Shown here piece after piece: positions 52,070 to 64,000 of a stretch of 64,000 bases of DNA. The notes below the pieces were generated by a model. That model did not search any database. It was not told where the DNA came from and saw only the letters and a list, made by a program, of their open reading frames with translations. The stretch is from Sphagnum compactum (taxonomy: Eukaryota). Both the position numbers and the translations under genes were made by a program. Position 1 is the first letter of the stretch, and every line of letters begins with the position of its first letter. Location of the stretch: assembly GCA_965153455.1 (NCBI GenBank), contig OZ234493.1:24480213-24544212 (forward strand), read 5' to 3'.

Positions 52070-54313
52070 CTATGATCTGCATACATCTATATAGATGTTT
52101 TGGTCACAAGGGATGCAGAGTGGCAGAAACCACAGGCACAAATTGCATGGCTGAAACACTAATGATGTGACTGTGTCCATCAATATTTTTTGCACAATAG
52201 AAGAAACCTCATATCCATGGGTGAGGAGACAGTGCGAAAATGCTGCTTGACTAGGAGTGCATGGCACAGAATTTGTAAGTTGAAGAATCTGGAGAATTCA
52301 TAATCTTTCTTTTTCTCATCTGCTTAATATCAAATCAGCCACTGAATGGTAGAATACCTATGTAGATGCCTTTGTAGTATAAAAGCATTTTAGAGCTTTA
52401 GAGGCCATGAGCAATTTTGTTACTGCTTAATAGTGATAGTAGCCACAGACAAGAAGTTTATACAATATTTGGCTAGATATTGGCAACAACAACTTGCAAA
52501 TGAACAAGGATGTTGGTTTCATCCAGTGCAAAAGTCTTGGTTATCTTTTTGAAGAAACATAGCTAGTAACCTGTTTTTTAACCTGTTTTTTTCCCTCACA
52601 ACTACGTCAAGGAGATAGCCGTAAAAACTAGGCAAAGTGTCTTTGTCCCAGAAACACAAAAGCTTAATTTCTTGTTTTGAGGGATAGGTGAGTGTGCAAT
52701 GCATGGGACTGATGAAGTGCACTACTCTGATGTTGTCTTCTACAACAAGCTCTGTAGAGAATAGAGACAAACTGCTGGTCCAACATTGTAGCACAAGAGC
52801 AAGAATAGGAGAGACAAATTCTGTGAGTTTGACTGCAGAAGATCTGCATCTATCTACATAGATGTTTCAGTCACAGGGGATGCAGAGTGGACCGGTGGAG
52901 AAATATTAGGTGCAAATTGAGATCAATTAATATTTGAGGAGACTCTTGATCAACACGATTGTCAACAATCGGACAGTGTTCCTGATTGTCAAGAGGAGGT
53001 TCAAGAGGAATCCAATGCAGATCCTGCAAATCTAAAATCAACAGAGCATATGTTACTTAAGGATGAACAGAGGAAGCAGATTAGTGATTTAAGTCATTGC
53101 ATTTGTCTTGCCAAGGAGTTGTCTCAAAACATTCTTGAGTTTGTCAACTGGCAGTACATCAAGGTAACCTTCAAAAAAGTGTTCTCTTATAATTTATTTT
53201 TATTCAGACTTTGCACTTTACTAAATATCCTCTTTTGTTGCAACACAAGATGAAGTATGTAGCTTGATGGTTGATACTTGGATTTGGAGCACATAGCTCC
53301 ATTTATCCAGTATTTTCTGTGATCAGAGATGAGATCCTATGTGCATTTGACATAGGCTTGTCAGATGCACACACCAAGAAACTTTTGCTAAAGCATTGGG
53401 GCATTCACACAGATACAAAGTCTGGCTATCAAAAGCCAATTCTATGGTATCTATGAGATTATCAGGGCAAGAATATTGGACATCTAGCACTGAGCTCTAC
53501 CATCATCTTCATATTGAATTGTTCTCTTTACCATCAATTCTTTGGACTTCCTACAAATACAGACACTATTATGTCTGCTATCCTACATATGATACTAAGT
53601 CTTCTTTAGTACATACTTCTTTGGGAAGGGTTGTCTATGTATATGGCCAATCCATGTGGCATGAACTAGGTAACCTTCCTGGCTTTCAACTTTTTTGTTT
53701 CAAGGAAGCTAATGAAAATGGTGGCATTTGCTTGATAGCCAACAAGTGATTGGCGTTGTCAATGGACCATTGCACCTCATTCATCTCTTTTGAATAAAAC
53801 AATGTTGGATCTGTGTCTGGGACAATCTCGATTTCATGCAGATTATATGTGTGGGAAATGAGAGGAGGACCAAAGAGATGGTTGTGTGCAAAATGATGAA
53901 TTCTTTCTTACAGGCATCTCTACTTGCAAATACTTTTTGCTGAAATTAGGATTAAGATTTGGAGAAGAGGGAAAAACCTTTTTCCTAGGTTGAGTTCTTT
54001 CAAAGTTGAATCCATCCATTGTTGGAATTCAGTACCTAATTTGTGGATCAGGAAATGCATGCTTCACTTTGTAGAGGAAAGTACAGCAGCAATGCCAATG
54101 CGACATTGTGCATTCAAGTTTGGGCTTGAGGTAATTGACTATTTTTTATTGAATTCCAGTCCTAGAATTTTCAAGTTGGTGAAAGATGCTTCAGGTTTGT
54201 TGGAAGATGCTTTACATCTACAATATGTTTCACTACGATGTGGAAACTATGGCTCTCATTTCAGCTCTAAAGTACATAGAGAAGCAGGTTTGTATGAGCA
54301 TCGCTATGTATAA
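52070..54313 (+). pseudogene. Unidentified decayed multi-exon gene
   Basis: A mostly open protein-like frame at 52840-53163 ends at AAG|GTAACC; a probable acceptor TTTCTTTACAG lies at ~53913; an internal ~50-bp repeat occurs at 52074 and 52841. Stops are scattered throughout. Confidence 0.3.
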
Positions 54314-55809
54314 CACCTCTTCTCTTTTAAGACTTGATGCTGCACCTGGTTACACCTATTAGCTGCTTTACTGCTCATATTCCTAGCTTTTTAGGGTTGC
54401 AGAAAAGAAACACTTTAACCTTGTGCTATTTCAATGAGTTTTGTATCATCATATCTAGGACTTAGGTCAACATCAAGAGATTAAAAGTTATGAATTTGTG
54501 TGATTGCATTCTCAAACAAAGGGTTAGGGCTTAAGACAAGATGTGCGTTGAGAGCTGGTTGCCTACATTGTAATTTGTAACGTCAGGATAAGGCCAGACA
54601 TTGAGGTTGGTCATCAATGCTATATGCAATGACATAATTGGATGCAATGAGACATTTCAATGTCTGGCCTTATTAATGGTACATTCCCCTCTTTTTTCAT
54701 TTTGTTTCTCCAACTGCTTTGATTTGATAATATGTGAACAAGATTTTGTAGAGGAAAGCCATCTGAGAGCATGAACACCAAGACAATTAAATAAATGGGT
54801 TGTATTCACTCTATGTTTCTTTGTCTCTAGTTTGCAAGGAATCTCATAAAATCTTCTCTAACAGTAATCATTGTTTCGACGGTTAAGGTTGGGAATTTTG
54901 GTGAGAGGGAGTTATGAGTCATCAGCACCAAATGTGCAAAAGTCGCTAGTAAGTGTATGAAGATATCCTTGTTGTGGTTTCCATGTATGAGTAAGTCCAT
55001 AGCTGCTCTCTATGTGTCTGAGATTGATCAATGATCAAAAGGTGGATTTGAGGTCATTTGAACAAGAGGAGATTGATCATAGCCTAAATAGTAGTTGAAA
55101 GCATGCATCCTTTTTGGGCTGATTCTCATGGTCCCCAAGATGGAGTGATGGTGTGCAGTAGTTTTGTAGTGTCCATAGCACATAGTTAGGTGGTGTTTGA
55201 CTTTGAGGTACGTTCAAGATGGATTTCAAGTATTGTAAGGACTCAAAATTTTGCCCATTTGTACCAAATTTCAAATGTTTCTTGAAAAATATATTCAAAT
55301 TAAATGAATGGCATAAGATGATCAAATATTTGATTAGGAAATGATATTTATTTTTGTCCTGAAATATAGAAGTTTAATAATGGAACATGACAAAATATTA
55401 TTTAAGGACATGAAAGACTAGTAAAAACAATTGCATTCTTGACTTTTTGGACTCATACAATGTATGAAGGTCATATTTACCTACTTAATCTACTAAAAAA
55501 ATTCATGGATCAATATTTACAACAAAGGACTCCACAACATCAAAAACGTTGTCACAAGGTTAAGGACTACTAAATTTGGTCATTTTATGGTTTTGAAGGG
55601 CACAATAACTTGTCATCATTAAAGCTAAAGCCCATAATGAAAATCAAGGAAAATATCCAACATTCTAAATAATAAATGAATAATAAATTCCAAAAAGTCC
55701 TAAAAGTAAAATTTTAGGACTTTTAGTGGCGATGCTCCTTGGAATGTCCTAGTTTATTGCATTGGCCACAAATCACATCTACCTACCTTCCTTTCCTAGC
55801 CTTCTCCTA

Positions 55810-56480
55810 CTTGTTATCTGTTTCAACAATCTTCGGTATTAATTGGCGTCTCCCATACTTTCTTCACAAGTAACTGCAACTTCCTTGTGTTCAAACAAGG
55901 AGTCCATTTTCATCCCTACCATGGCTATCTAAAGGTACAGCTACAATCCTGCTAAAAAAAAAGTGGTCAGCAAATTGTAGTCTACTTGATGATGAAAGCA
56001 ATTTACTAATTTTAATATACGTTCATCATATACTTCCACCTTCTTGTCTCCGCCTTGCTTTATCACTTGTAATGCCATGTACACTTGTTCATCCATTTGT
56101 ACATATCAATAATGCTTATAGAAGCAGCTTCTAACTCTTCAAATTGACTAGACGGGCTCTCATAAAATTCTTTCCCCACTCAGATATGGCGTCGCGAAAA
56201 GTAAAACAAAACAAGTTGACATATCTACATCATTCTTCTTTCCATTGGCCTAAATGCAAAAAACTCGTACATGAGCATTGATATTCATTTCTCGCAAAGT
56301 AGATGGGGTAGGGTAAGGATTTCTTACTTGGCAAAGAATTTGGTGTTATAGGTGGTTGAACAAGATACTACGGAAGGTACTACAGATTCCAAGTAAGCCC
56401 TATTCACGATCCTGCTGGTCTTGCAACGAATGATCTTGGATTTTGGTCTCTTGGAGTTCCAGTACCACCACCTCCTAGAG
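55810..56480 (-). mobile_element. Degenerate LTR-retrotransposon gag remnant
   Basis: Minus-strand fragments EQVYMALQVIKQGGDKKVEVYDERILKLVNC...LLTTFFLAGL match the retrotransposon gag LxQ...VxxY pattern; several stops. Confidence 0.65.
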
Positions 56481-57407
56481 GATCACTATTGCCGCCTCCT
56501 ATTGGAAAATCTGATAACTGGTTTTGGTAATAATAGTTCGATAAAACATTTGTAGTGAAATTCTACCTTCACCAAGGAAAAGAAGATCCCTTTGTAGTTC
56601 ACAAGCTGCACCAAGGAAAGTGGGCAAGGCCAAGCAAAAGGCTTTAGTGATGGCCAAGTCAAAGGGTAAAAAGAAGTTGAAAAAGAAGGGCAAGGTTAAG
56701 GGGAAGTAGAAGGTCAAGGAACTAGCCAAGGAAAAGGATAAGGAGAAGGCGTTAGGGAAGAGGAATGTGTTGGAAGAGAGTTGCAAAAGCGTCTAAAAAA
56801 GAAGAGCAATAAAGATATAGTTCACCCCACATGCACCCATGTATTTCCATGTCATGCATTTTGTGTTGAAATGAATGTTCATATTTGTGTCATTGGTACA
56901 ACTTTGTTAAATGGTTAAATACTACTGGGTTTCGGTAAATGGTGAAAAAATGTATTATCAAATGAATATTGTGAATAACATAAATCAACATGTTGTCATA
57001 ATCAATGAACCCCAACATAGGTATTGCATATTTCCGGCATACCCCAATCATAAGTATTCCAAGCTCTAAGAAGGGTTAATTGAATCACGACATAATTGTT
57101 TCATAATTAACATTATTTTGGAATGAATATTGTGATTATGTTAAAATCAGCATGTTGCAATTATGGAACCCCAACATAAGTATTACCTAATTAATGTTTT
57201 TTTATGCTACACACCACCAATGATGGTGATTTTTTCAGTTAATTCAAAAAATGAAAATTGTATATATATATATTGATTCAATTGAAGATAGAGAACAATA
57301 TTTAACAAGCATATATATTAAACTAAATTAAAGTAAACTTGTTTACATTATGTTATATTTGATTATATTTTGTTAGATTAAATTTCAATTCATTAAAGTA
57401 ATTAAAT

Positions 57408-60400
57408 CACTACTACAAATCATGTCTTTTAGGCCATCTTTTTCCACTAATATTTCAGTCACAATGGACAGCAAACAAAATTGGGGTTAGTCACAAGAGA
57501 CCAGTCATTTATGACAGGTCTTGTTAGCAAAACAAACAATTACCATGATTGAAATCACTCGACTGAAAATAGCACTATGCTAACATGGCATGTCTGATTT
57601 GACATAAAAGGGGAGTCTTCTGGGTGATGTGGCATCCGATGTGTCATGTATGTTCTAACTAATTCTATGACTGGGTGATGTGGCCATCAAAGTCCACTTA
57701 TTCTATGACTAAAAGTGATTGATGTAACATGTCTAATGCAACTAAACATATGACTAAATATGCCAACTAATCATGTCTTATATGAATAATTATTTCATAT
57801 GAATAATCCTATTAAATTAGATGATGTGGTTAGTTGGATTAGGTTTGCGTTAGGTCTGGGTCTAACATAGGTTCAGGATAGGTTTGTTTTGGGTTAGGGA
57901 TAGGTCTTGGTTAGGTTTGGTGTAGGTTCAGGCTAGGATTGTTTTAAGTTAGGGATAGGTCTAGGTTAGGTTGGGGTTAGGTATGGCTTAGGTTTGAACT
58001 AGGCTTCTTAAAGGTTAGGTTCGTTTTAGGTTTGGGGTAGGAGTTTTTTTTGTCTATACCTATTTTTGTGACTGACTATGCCTATGTGGCATGTCTAAAT
58101 TAACTAATATTCTTATTGAATGTGATGAAATGGATTATCCTATGTGACTTAACATTAGACTATAAATGTTGACATGGCATGTCTTTTATGACTAATTTCC
58201 TAACTGATTATGATGACATGTTTCAACTTTTCTAACTAACCATGTGACTAATTGCAACATGGGATGTACATTGTGACTAATATTCTGTCTAATTAATGAT
58301 GTGTTTGTCCATTATGACTTTCTCTATGACTACATTATGACATGATAGTTCCATATTATTAATTATCCTACTGATTTTGCCAATGTGGCATGTCTTATTC
58401 TACTAATTACTTTGATTAAACATTTTAACAGGGCAAGTTTCATCTAACTAGTTTCTTGACTAACTAATGTAAGAGGATATTCAATGTAAGTAATTACTCG
58501 TTAAATAATGTCTAATATTATGACTATATCCTGACAGATTGGACTTATATTAGTGATTAATATCTAACTGATATCAATATATATAAAACAATGGACTAAT
58601 GATTAATTGCATATCTAATTCCCTGAATCTTAACCTGCTAGCTATAGCTATCTTTTAACAACACATATCCACAATTGATGCACATAACTAAATAAAAAAC
58701 AATTGTTGCAAAGAAGAACTTAGAGTTCATGTACTAATACTGAAGTTCTTACTTTAGAAGTTTGAATGTACACAAACCACATATAAACTACATACATTAC
58801 AACTAATATATGGGTACAGAATGGCTACACATATTTTTGTGTTAGGTTCAATGGCCACCTCACTATGTATCGCATTGCATCTTATATTATGTGGATTGGA
58901 AGATCCTGATCAAGTAAGGGATATGGCAAGGCAAATAAACCTTCATACCTTGTTGAAATTGCAACAATGATGTAGTCACTAACCACATCTTTCATGTGGC
59001 ATTTAACTCCCTTTCCAGCATGTCTAATGAACATACCAACTGCACAAGGTTTGCCTCCACCTTTTGTTAAAAAACGAAGCCGTTCATTTATTTTATATTG
59101 CAAAACAATTTTGTACATTCAGTTAATAAAACCAAATTGACACAGGCCTCATGAACAAACTCAATTACAAAATTGACACTTAGCTTACTATATTACATTT
59201 CAATGACTTTCAATTGGTCAATATTCTTCTAACTTTGGTTCTTGACTTTTTGATTTGAGCCAAGTAGCTTAAAGCTTCTGTATAATTTTTTTTAGCAAAT
59301 GACTGCCATTTCGAGGGTTCTTCTGTAAGTCTGAGTTTTTTCTTGACAAACTTACGTGCTTCAAATCATCCACAACTTTGTATTAGATGTGGTATTCAAA
59401 TGACACATCGTTGGATAGTAGCATCAAGAGATAACCTTAAACACCCAAGGCATGAATAAGAAATTATATAAATACAAATAGGTTGACTTAATATCATATT
59501 AATCCCCTACTTGATGTTGGTCGTCGACCATGCAAATTTGGACACTTCTTTCCAATGTGGGCTCTCTCCTGCGAGCTGCATCTGCCCATGTGGGTGGGAT
59601 TCCACATACCCTATAGTGTCTAGTGCCTTCGATAGTCCTTTCAAATATGGCCATAGGGTGTTCATCAAGTAGTTATCCTCTACTTCTGAGTTAAAAAGTA
59701 GGGGTAGTATGTAGAAGGATGGCATGTTTCCTATGCACTTGAATGGGCAGTCATCTATCAACAACGTATTATGAGGACCTAGATTCCTAAACTCAGGACT
59801 TACCTCATCCCACACTCTCTACATGTTTTTTAGAACAAGATCCCGATCTCTATTTAATGGATGTTTGATATGTGTACATTCACATTTTTCATTCCCCCAC
59901 ACAAAATTGGGTTCAAACCTTCGACCCCTGCAAACAAATGTCGAACCTTGGGAACCAAGTTTGGGAGGGTTGTTGATGACCATTTCTCGATATCAAACTT
60001 GGTGCTACACATACGAAAAAACTCATGAACACCCAGATGTGGGCTTACTAACTTATTTCCACATTGTTGTGCAGGCACTAATGGACCCCATCTCTTCCCA
60101 AACTTCAAGTGTTTTGCATCACATAATAACCCGTTGACATCTAAGACCAACAAGTACCGTACATTATTTGGAACAAGCTTGCTTGAAAAACCAATGCAGG
60201 CATTCGTTGGATCATTGAAGTTCACCTCTTTAGGGTCATGTTTGAGCACGATGTTCTGCCACCCCCCACTTTTTGAGCCTGTGATTTGGATCAAGTTTAT
60301 TGGTCAAATCTTATTGAAATTAAAAGATCATCCCCATCTGAGTTCTTGAGAGAATGTACCACTACCTGAAGATGCTCCTTGTTTACTGTTATATCAATTG

Positions 60401-62830
60401 GATCTATAGATGGCTTAGATCCTGTAGAACATGTGTTCATTTGTTTAGACGCATCTCATTGTAACGGCTCGGGTGGCTTACATGATAAATTGTGTTGGGG
60501 CTGATCTTGCAACAACTATTGTGACTGAATCACATGATCATCTTGCATGTAATCCAGTAGTGAACACACATTAGGCTAGGAGATAAAAACACAATCCAAT
60601 GTCTATCAACATGCAAAAATAACAGACTACAGAATTGCATGTCTATACTTACACATGAACTAAACATGGAACACCCATATTTAGTTCAATTCAAATTCTT
60701 TTCCTATTTTCACATACTACAGCAACCAAATTAATGTTCTAAACTTCAAACAATTTTGAAAGAGTTAACAATTTAAACTTGTACAACATGCAAAATGCCC
60801 ATGTACATATATAAATTATCTACAAAATTTATAAATATTTCAGCACAATCAATAGTTGATTTTCAAAAAAATTACATTCACCCACAATCTTTTTAATTAT
60901 TGTTGGAATCATAAAGGTATTAAGGTATTGTATGATCATACCCTCCCATACTCCCAATGTCTAATTTTGCAATATCAATGTCCTTCTTCCCTTCTGATGT
61001 GGATGCAGATTTAAATGTATTAGTATTATTCGATTTCAAAAATTTCCACATTTCCTCCATCATATTGGACATCTTCTTTTGGCCACGCATTAACTCATTA
61101 ATGACCTTCTAGTCATCATGGTTTTGTTCCAAGGTTTCAAAACGCACATCAATTTCTAATGTCAAATAATCCCCACTAACATGACCCACATTGCCATTAT
61201 CCAATTGTTCTTCCTCCTATAAAACCACGCCACAAATTCAATTTGACTACAATACATTCTTAGAAACAAATTGATAGTCGACAGTACCTGCATCCTTTAA
61301 ATGTTTAACTACTTCACATAAATTGAAGTTCATCAACAAATCATGAAAATTGCAGCTCTTCTTAAGGTACAATTTACAAAGATCATGCTAGCACGCAAGA
61401 TCTAATATCCAAAAACTAGTTCTAATCTAGTTGCAATCAATCTAATAGACATTAGGGTTCGAAAAAAAATGAAGACAATCCCAAGAATCTAATAAAGAAT
61501 TAACTATCTAACATTAACTAGGGTTTACTTATTTTACTTTGATCTCATATTCCTCTATATTTTCTCGTTTGTGTTTGCTAGTATTCTCTCGTTCACATTC
61601 CGCTTATACCTCCACTAATGTTGTTGGCCGTCCAAGATCTATTGCCTAGAAACCTCATAATTATCCACATTCTATGTTAGTCAGCCACATATGAGTACAA
61701 TCAGAAAGCAACCAAACACATGTTAGAAAACTTGTAAAATAACAAAAATTGTAAAAACAGAGAAAAAAACATACTAATCGTTTTGCAGTTCCAATTTCAC
61801 CTGACCACCTACTGCATTGGCCACTTTTTACATTGGCTTGGGCTTTTGTCATTTGAATTGCTTGCTCTATTTTTGTTTCTTTTTGCAACACAACTTTCAT
61901 TGGATTCTAGTGTGCCTCTAAAACATCTAAAGGTTGCCCTTCACGAGCTTCAATTTTTTTTTTGAGCCATCCATGCCTAGCTTTCAAAATTGATGCCACT
62001 TGATCCTTGACATGTTTAAAGGCTAGCAGATGGTCTAGGTAATGAAACCCATGTTCAAGTGTTTCCTTTATCACTTCCATTTCTTTTGCAGGTTGTTTTC
62101 GTATGTCATCAATGGCAAGGTTTAGTTTTTTTGCATACCCTCGAAGTTATGACAGCTAATGGTTCTTGCCACCACTCATCGGTTTCCCCTTTACATCACA
62201 CTCTACAACAAGAATGGCCTGCTTACCAGTATGTTGAGCTACTTCAATCCCCATTTTCTTCATCACCTTATTTAAAGCTCGATGTCTGACCTTTTGTTCA
62301 GTGCCTTTGGAATGCACATATGATGAAACCACTTGTGAATCTAGCTTAGAAGACAAATCTCCAGCTGACGTATAGTCAACATCCTTACCTTGTGTTGTCT
62401 TCGGGTGCTGACAAAAACTTGGGAATGTTGACATTATTGGAGTAGTATGATTAACATCTAGTTATGTACAAATGGTAGACATTTGCTGCCATGATGAAAC
62501 TTGGTTAGGATATGATACAAGTGTTGAACCTAGTATAGATGTGACTGTTGAATTTGCAAACTAAAGATCAGGCATTTGTTGGGATGTAGTTGGGTCCCTA
62601 CATTGGATGCAAACTAAACATCAGCATTCCTAATACGACGTACGTGGGTCCCTACATTGGAAAAATTCCTCGCTTTTCTTCCTGCCTGCTGTGAAGAATA
62701 TCCGTCCTTGACTTTCCTCAGCTCTGATCTTCGCACAAATTTTCTTCATCCCTGCCTGCCGTGACGAATCTGTCGTGGACTTTCCTGAGCTCGTGCCCTC
62801 GCCTTCTTCTTCTTCAGCTACATCTGCCAT
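57408..62830 (-). mobile_element. Degenerate CACTA (En/Spm)-like DNA transposon
   Basis: CACTACTACAAA terminus at 57408, then ~1.2 kb of degenerate subterminal repeats (ATGACTAA / ATGTGGCATGTC). Decayed minus-strand ORF pieces resemble CACTA TnpA-like proteins (ECDVKGKPMSG...LRGYAKKL at 62240-62100; CAVG...CH...YIIVAI...LPYP at 58882-59118). Confidence 0.55.
59507..60294 (-). pseudogene. FCP1/NIF-homology HAD phosphatase remnant within the CACTA-like element
   Basis: LLVLDVNGLL (motif I variant), GVHEFFRMCSTKFDI..WSS and PHNTLLIDDCPFKCIGN; split across frames by a frameshift. Confidence 0.75.
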
Positions 62831-62928
62831 TGTTCTCACACACGCAAGAAAAATCAACAACCGCAATGGTCATGGTCCAGTTCTCGAATTCTTATCCGAG
62901 ACGACACTTCCAGCTAGAAAGGACAGTC

Positions 62929-63409
62929 ATGGGTATTATCGTTCGATATCTGCTCATGCTCGCCGCGGCGAGCTTTCTGGCCGTTGCCAAGCCAGTACTC
63001 CGGCTTCAAGCTGGAAGACTACAATTTCACCGACATAATCAACGGCGACGTTTGCATCGTCGGGGGCGGCTCGAGTGCCACCTATGCAGCCATCCGCCTA
63101 CGCGACTTCGGCAAGAGTGTTGTTGTAGTGGAACACAAGGACCGCATGGGAGGACATACACAGACTTATACAGATCCCCAGACCGGAGGTACAGTCGACA
63201 CCGGGGTGCTGGTCTTTCATAATTTCGACATCGTCAAGAACTATTTCAAGCGCTTCAACATCCCGCTCGTGACGGTGAACGGTTCCAGCCCTGGCCTGAC
63301 AAACAAATATGTGGACTTGCGCACAGGGAAGGAATTGGCGGGTTACGTGCCGTCGGACCCTACCGCGGCTCTGGTCGGGTACGCTGCACAACTCGCGAAG
63401 TACCCATAG
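62929..63409 (+). pseudogene. Fungal-type secreted FAD-dependent oxidoreductase (flavin amine oxidase / CpaO-like) 5' fragment, frameshifted and truncated
   Basis: Signal-peptide frame MGIIVRYLLMLAAASFLAVA from ATG 62929. Removing one A at 62989-62990 joins it to SQYSGFKLEDYNFTDIINGDVCIVGGGSSATYAAIRLRDFGKSVVVVEHKDRMGGHTQTY (Rossmann GxGxxA plus GG motif). It ends abruptly at AKYP. Confidence 0.75.
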
Positions 63410-64000
63410 TGTAAGCAACAAAATATAAGGGTCTTTGAATAAAAGGACTAACAAGTAGATGATTTTCTAAGGATGATAAATAAAAAATATGGTACATTAT
63501 TTTTTAATTCTTATTCACATGAACTTCAAAACCTAAACTGTTATAATCATATTTTCAAAAAATATTTGCAAATACTTGAATTGAACCTAAAATTTGTGGT
63601 AATTCAAAAAATAAAGTTGAAGTACTTGAAAGTAGGTGAAATATTTTTGCAAGTATTTGGTTTTTTTTTTCAAGCACCTCAATATTGATGTGGTGAACAT
63701 TTTAGTATAAGTATTTTGGTTAATATAATTTGTTTTCATATCTAAAATCATCCCCAACCTTCTGAAAAGTAACATTATTGTTGGGGATACTTTTGGGGTA
63801 TTATTTCAAGTTCAAATGATATGAGACAAATTGTTTTGAAAAGCTAAAGGGAGGCTAGAAATGCCCATGAAAAAACTAAGGATTTCATTTCTTTTGAAAT
63901 GCTAGAGAAAGGTTAAAACTTAGAAGTTTAGAAAATTGTTTTTTTCTTGTTTTCAAGTAGAAAACTTGAGGTAAAAGCATTTACAAAATATTTTACTTAT

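Noticed and set aside
56560-56800. Lys-rich histone H1-like peptide on the + strand
   Set aside because: Low-complexity, stop-interrupted, with no globular domain; probably TE-derived.
57835-58040. Interstitial telomere array
   Set aside because: Only scattered TTAGG(G/T) variants with no (TTTAGGG)n run; it lies within the CACTA subterminal region.
62555-62661. 17-bp direct repeat TGGGTCCCTACATTGGA as filler DNA or TSD at the foreign-DNA junction
   Set aside because: It is part of a longer 53/54-bp tandem duplication (62555-62607, 62608-62661) in TE-like sequence, so it does not mark an insertion site.

Overview
Eukaryotic nuclear DNA from an AT-rich, transposon-littered land-plant genome. 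It is most likely a bryophyte such as Sphagnum, which is an inference from gene and repeat style. Four genes look intact: an intronless GT37 xyloglucan-fucosyltransferase-like gene (-), an 11-exon WAC/DDT/WHIM chromatin-remodelling subunit gene (-) whose first intron has U12-type signals, a 2-exon SRC2-like C2-domain gene (+), and a small intronless secreted Cys-rich gene (-) resembling fungal/bacterial SH3b cell-wall-binding modules. Pseudogenes include a PLS-E-DYW PPR gene and a divergently oriented metallo-beta-lactamase-fold gene. TE remains include hAT-like, LINE, LTR-gag and CACTA-like pieces plus several tandem arrays. The two strongest leads are candidate microbe-to-plant gene transfers. 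One is the apparently intact SH3b-like secreted protein (39147-39479). The other is a GC/CpG-rich, frameshifted, truncated fungal-type FAD oxidoreductase gene (62929-63409) at the end of a CACTA-like element that also carries an FCP1/NIF phosphatase remnant. All family assignments come from motif recognition by eye; no searches were run.
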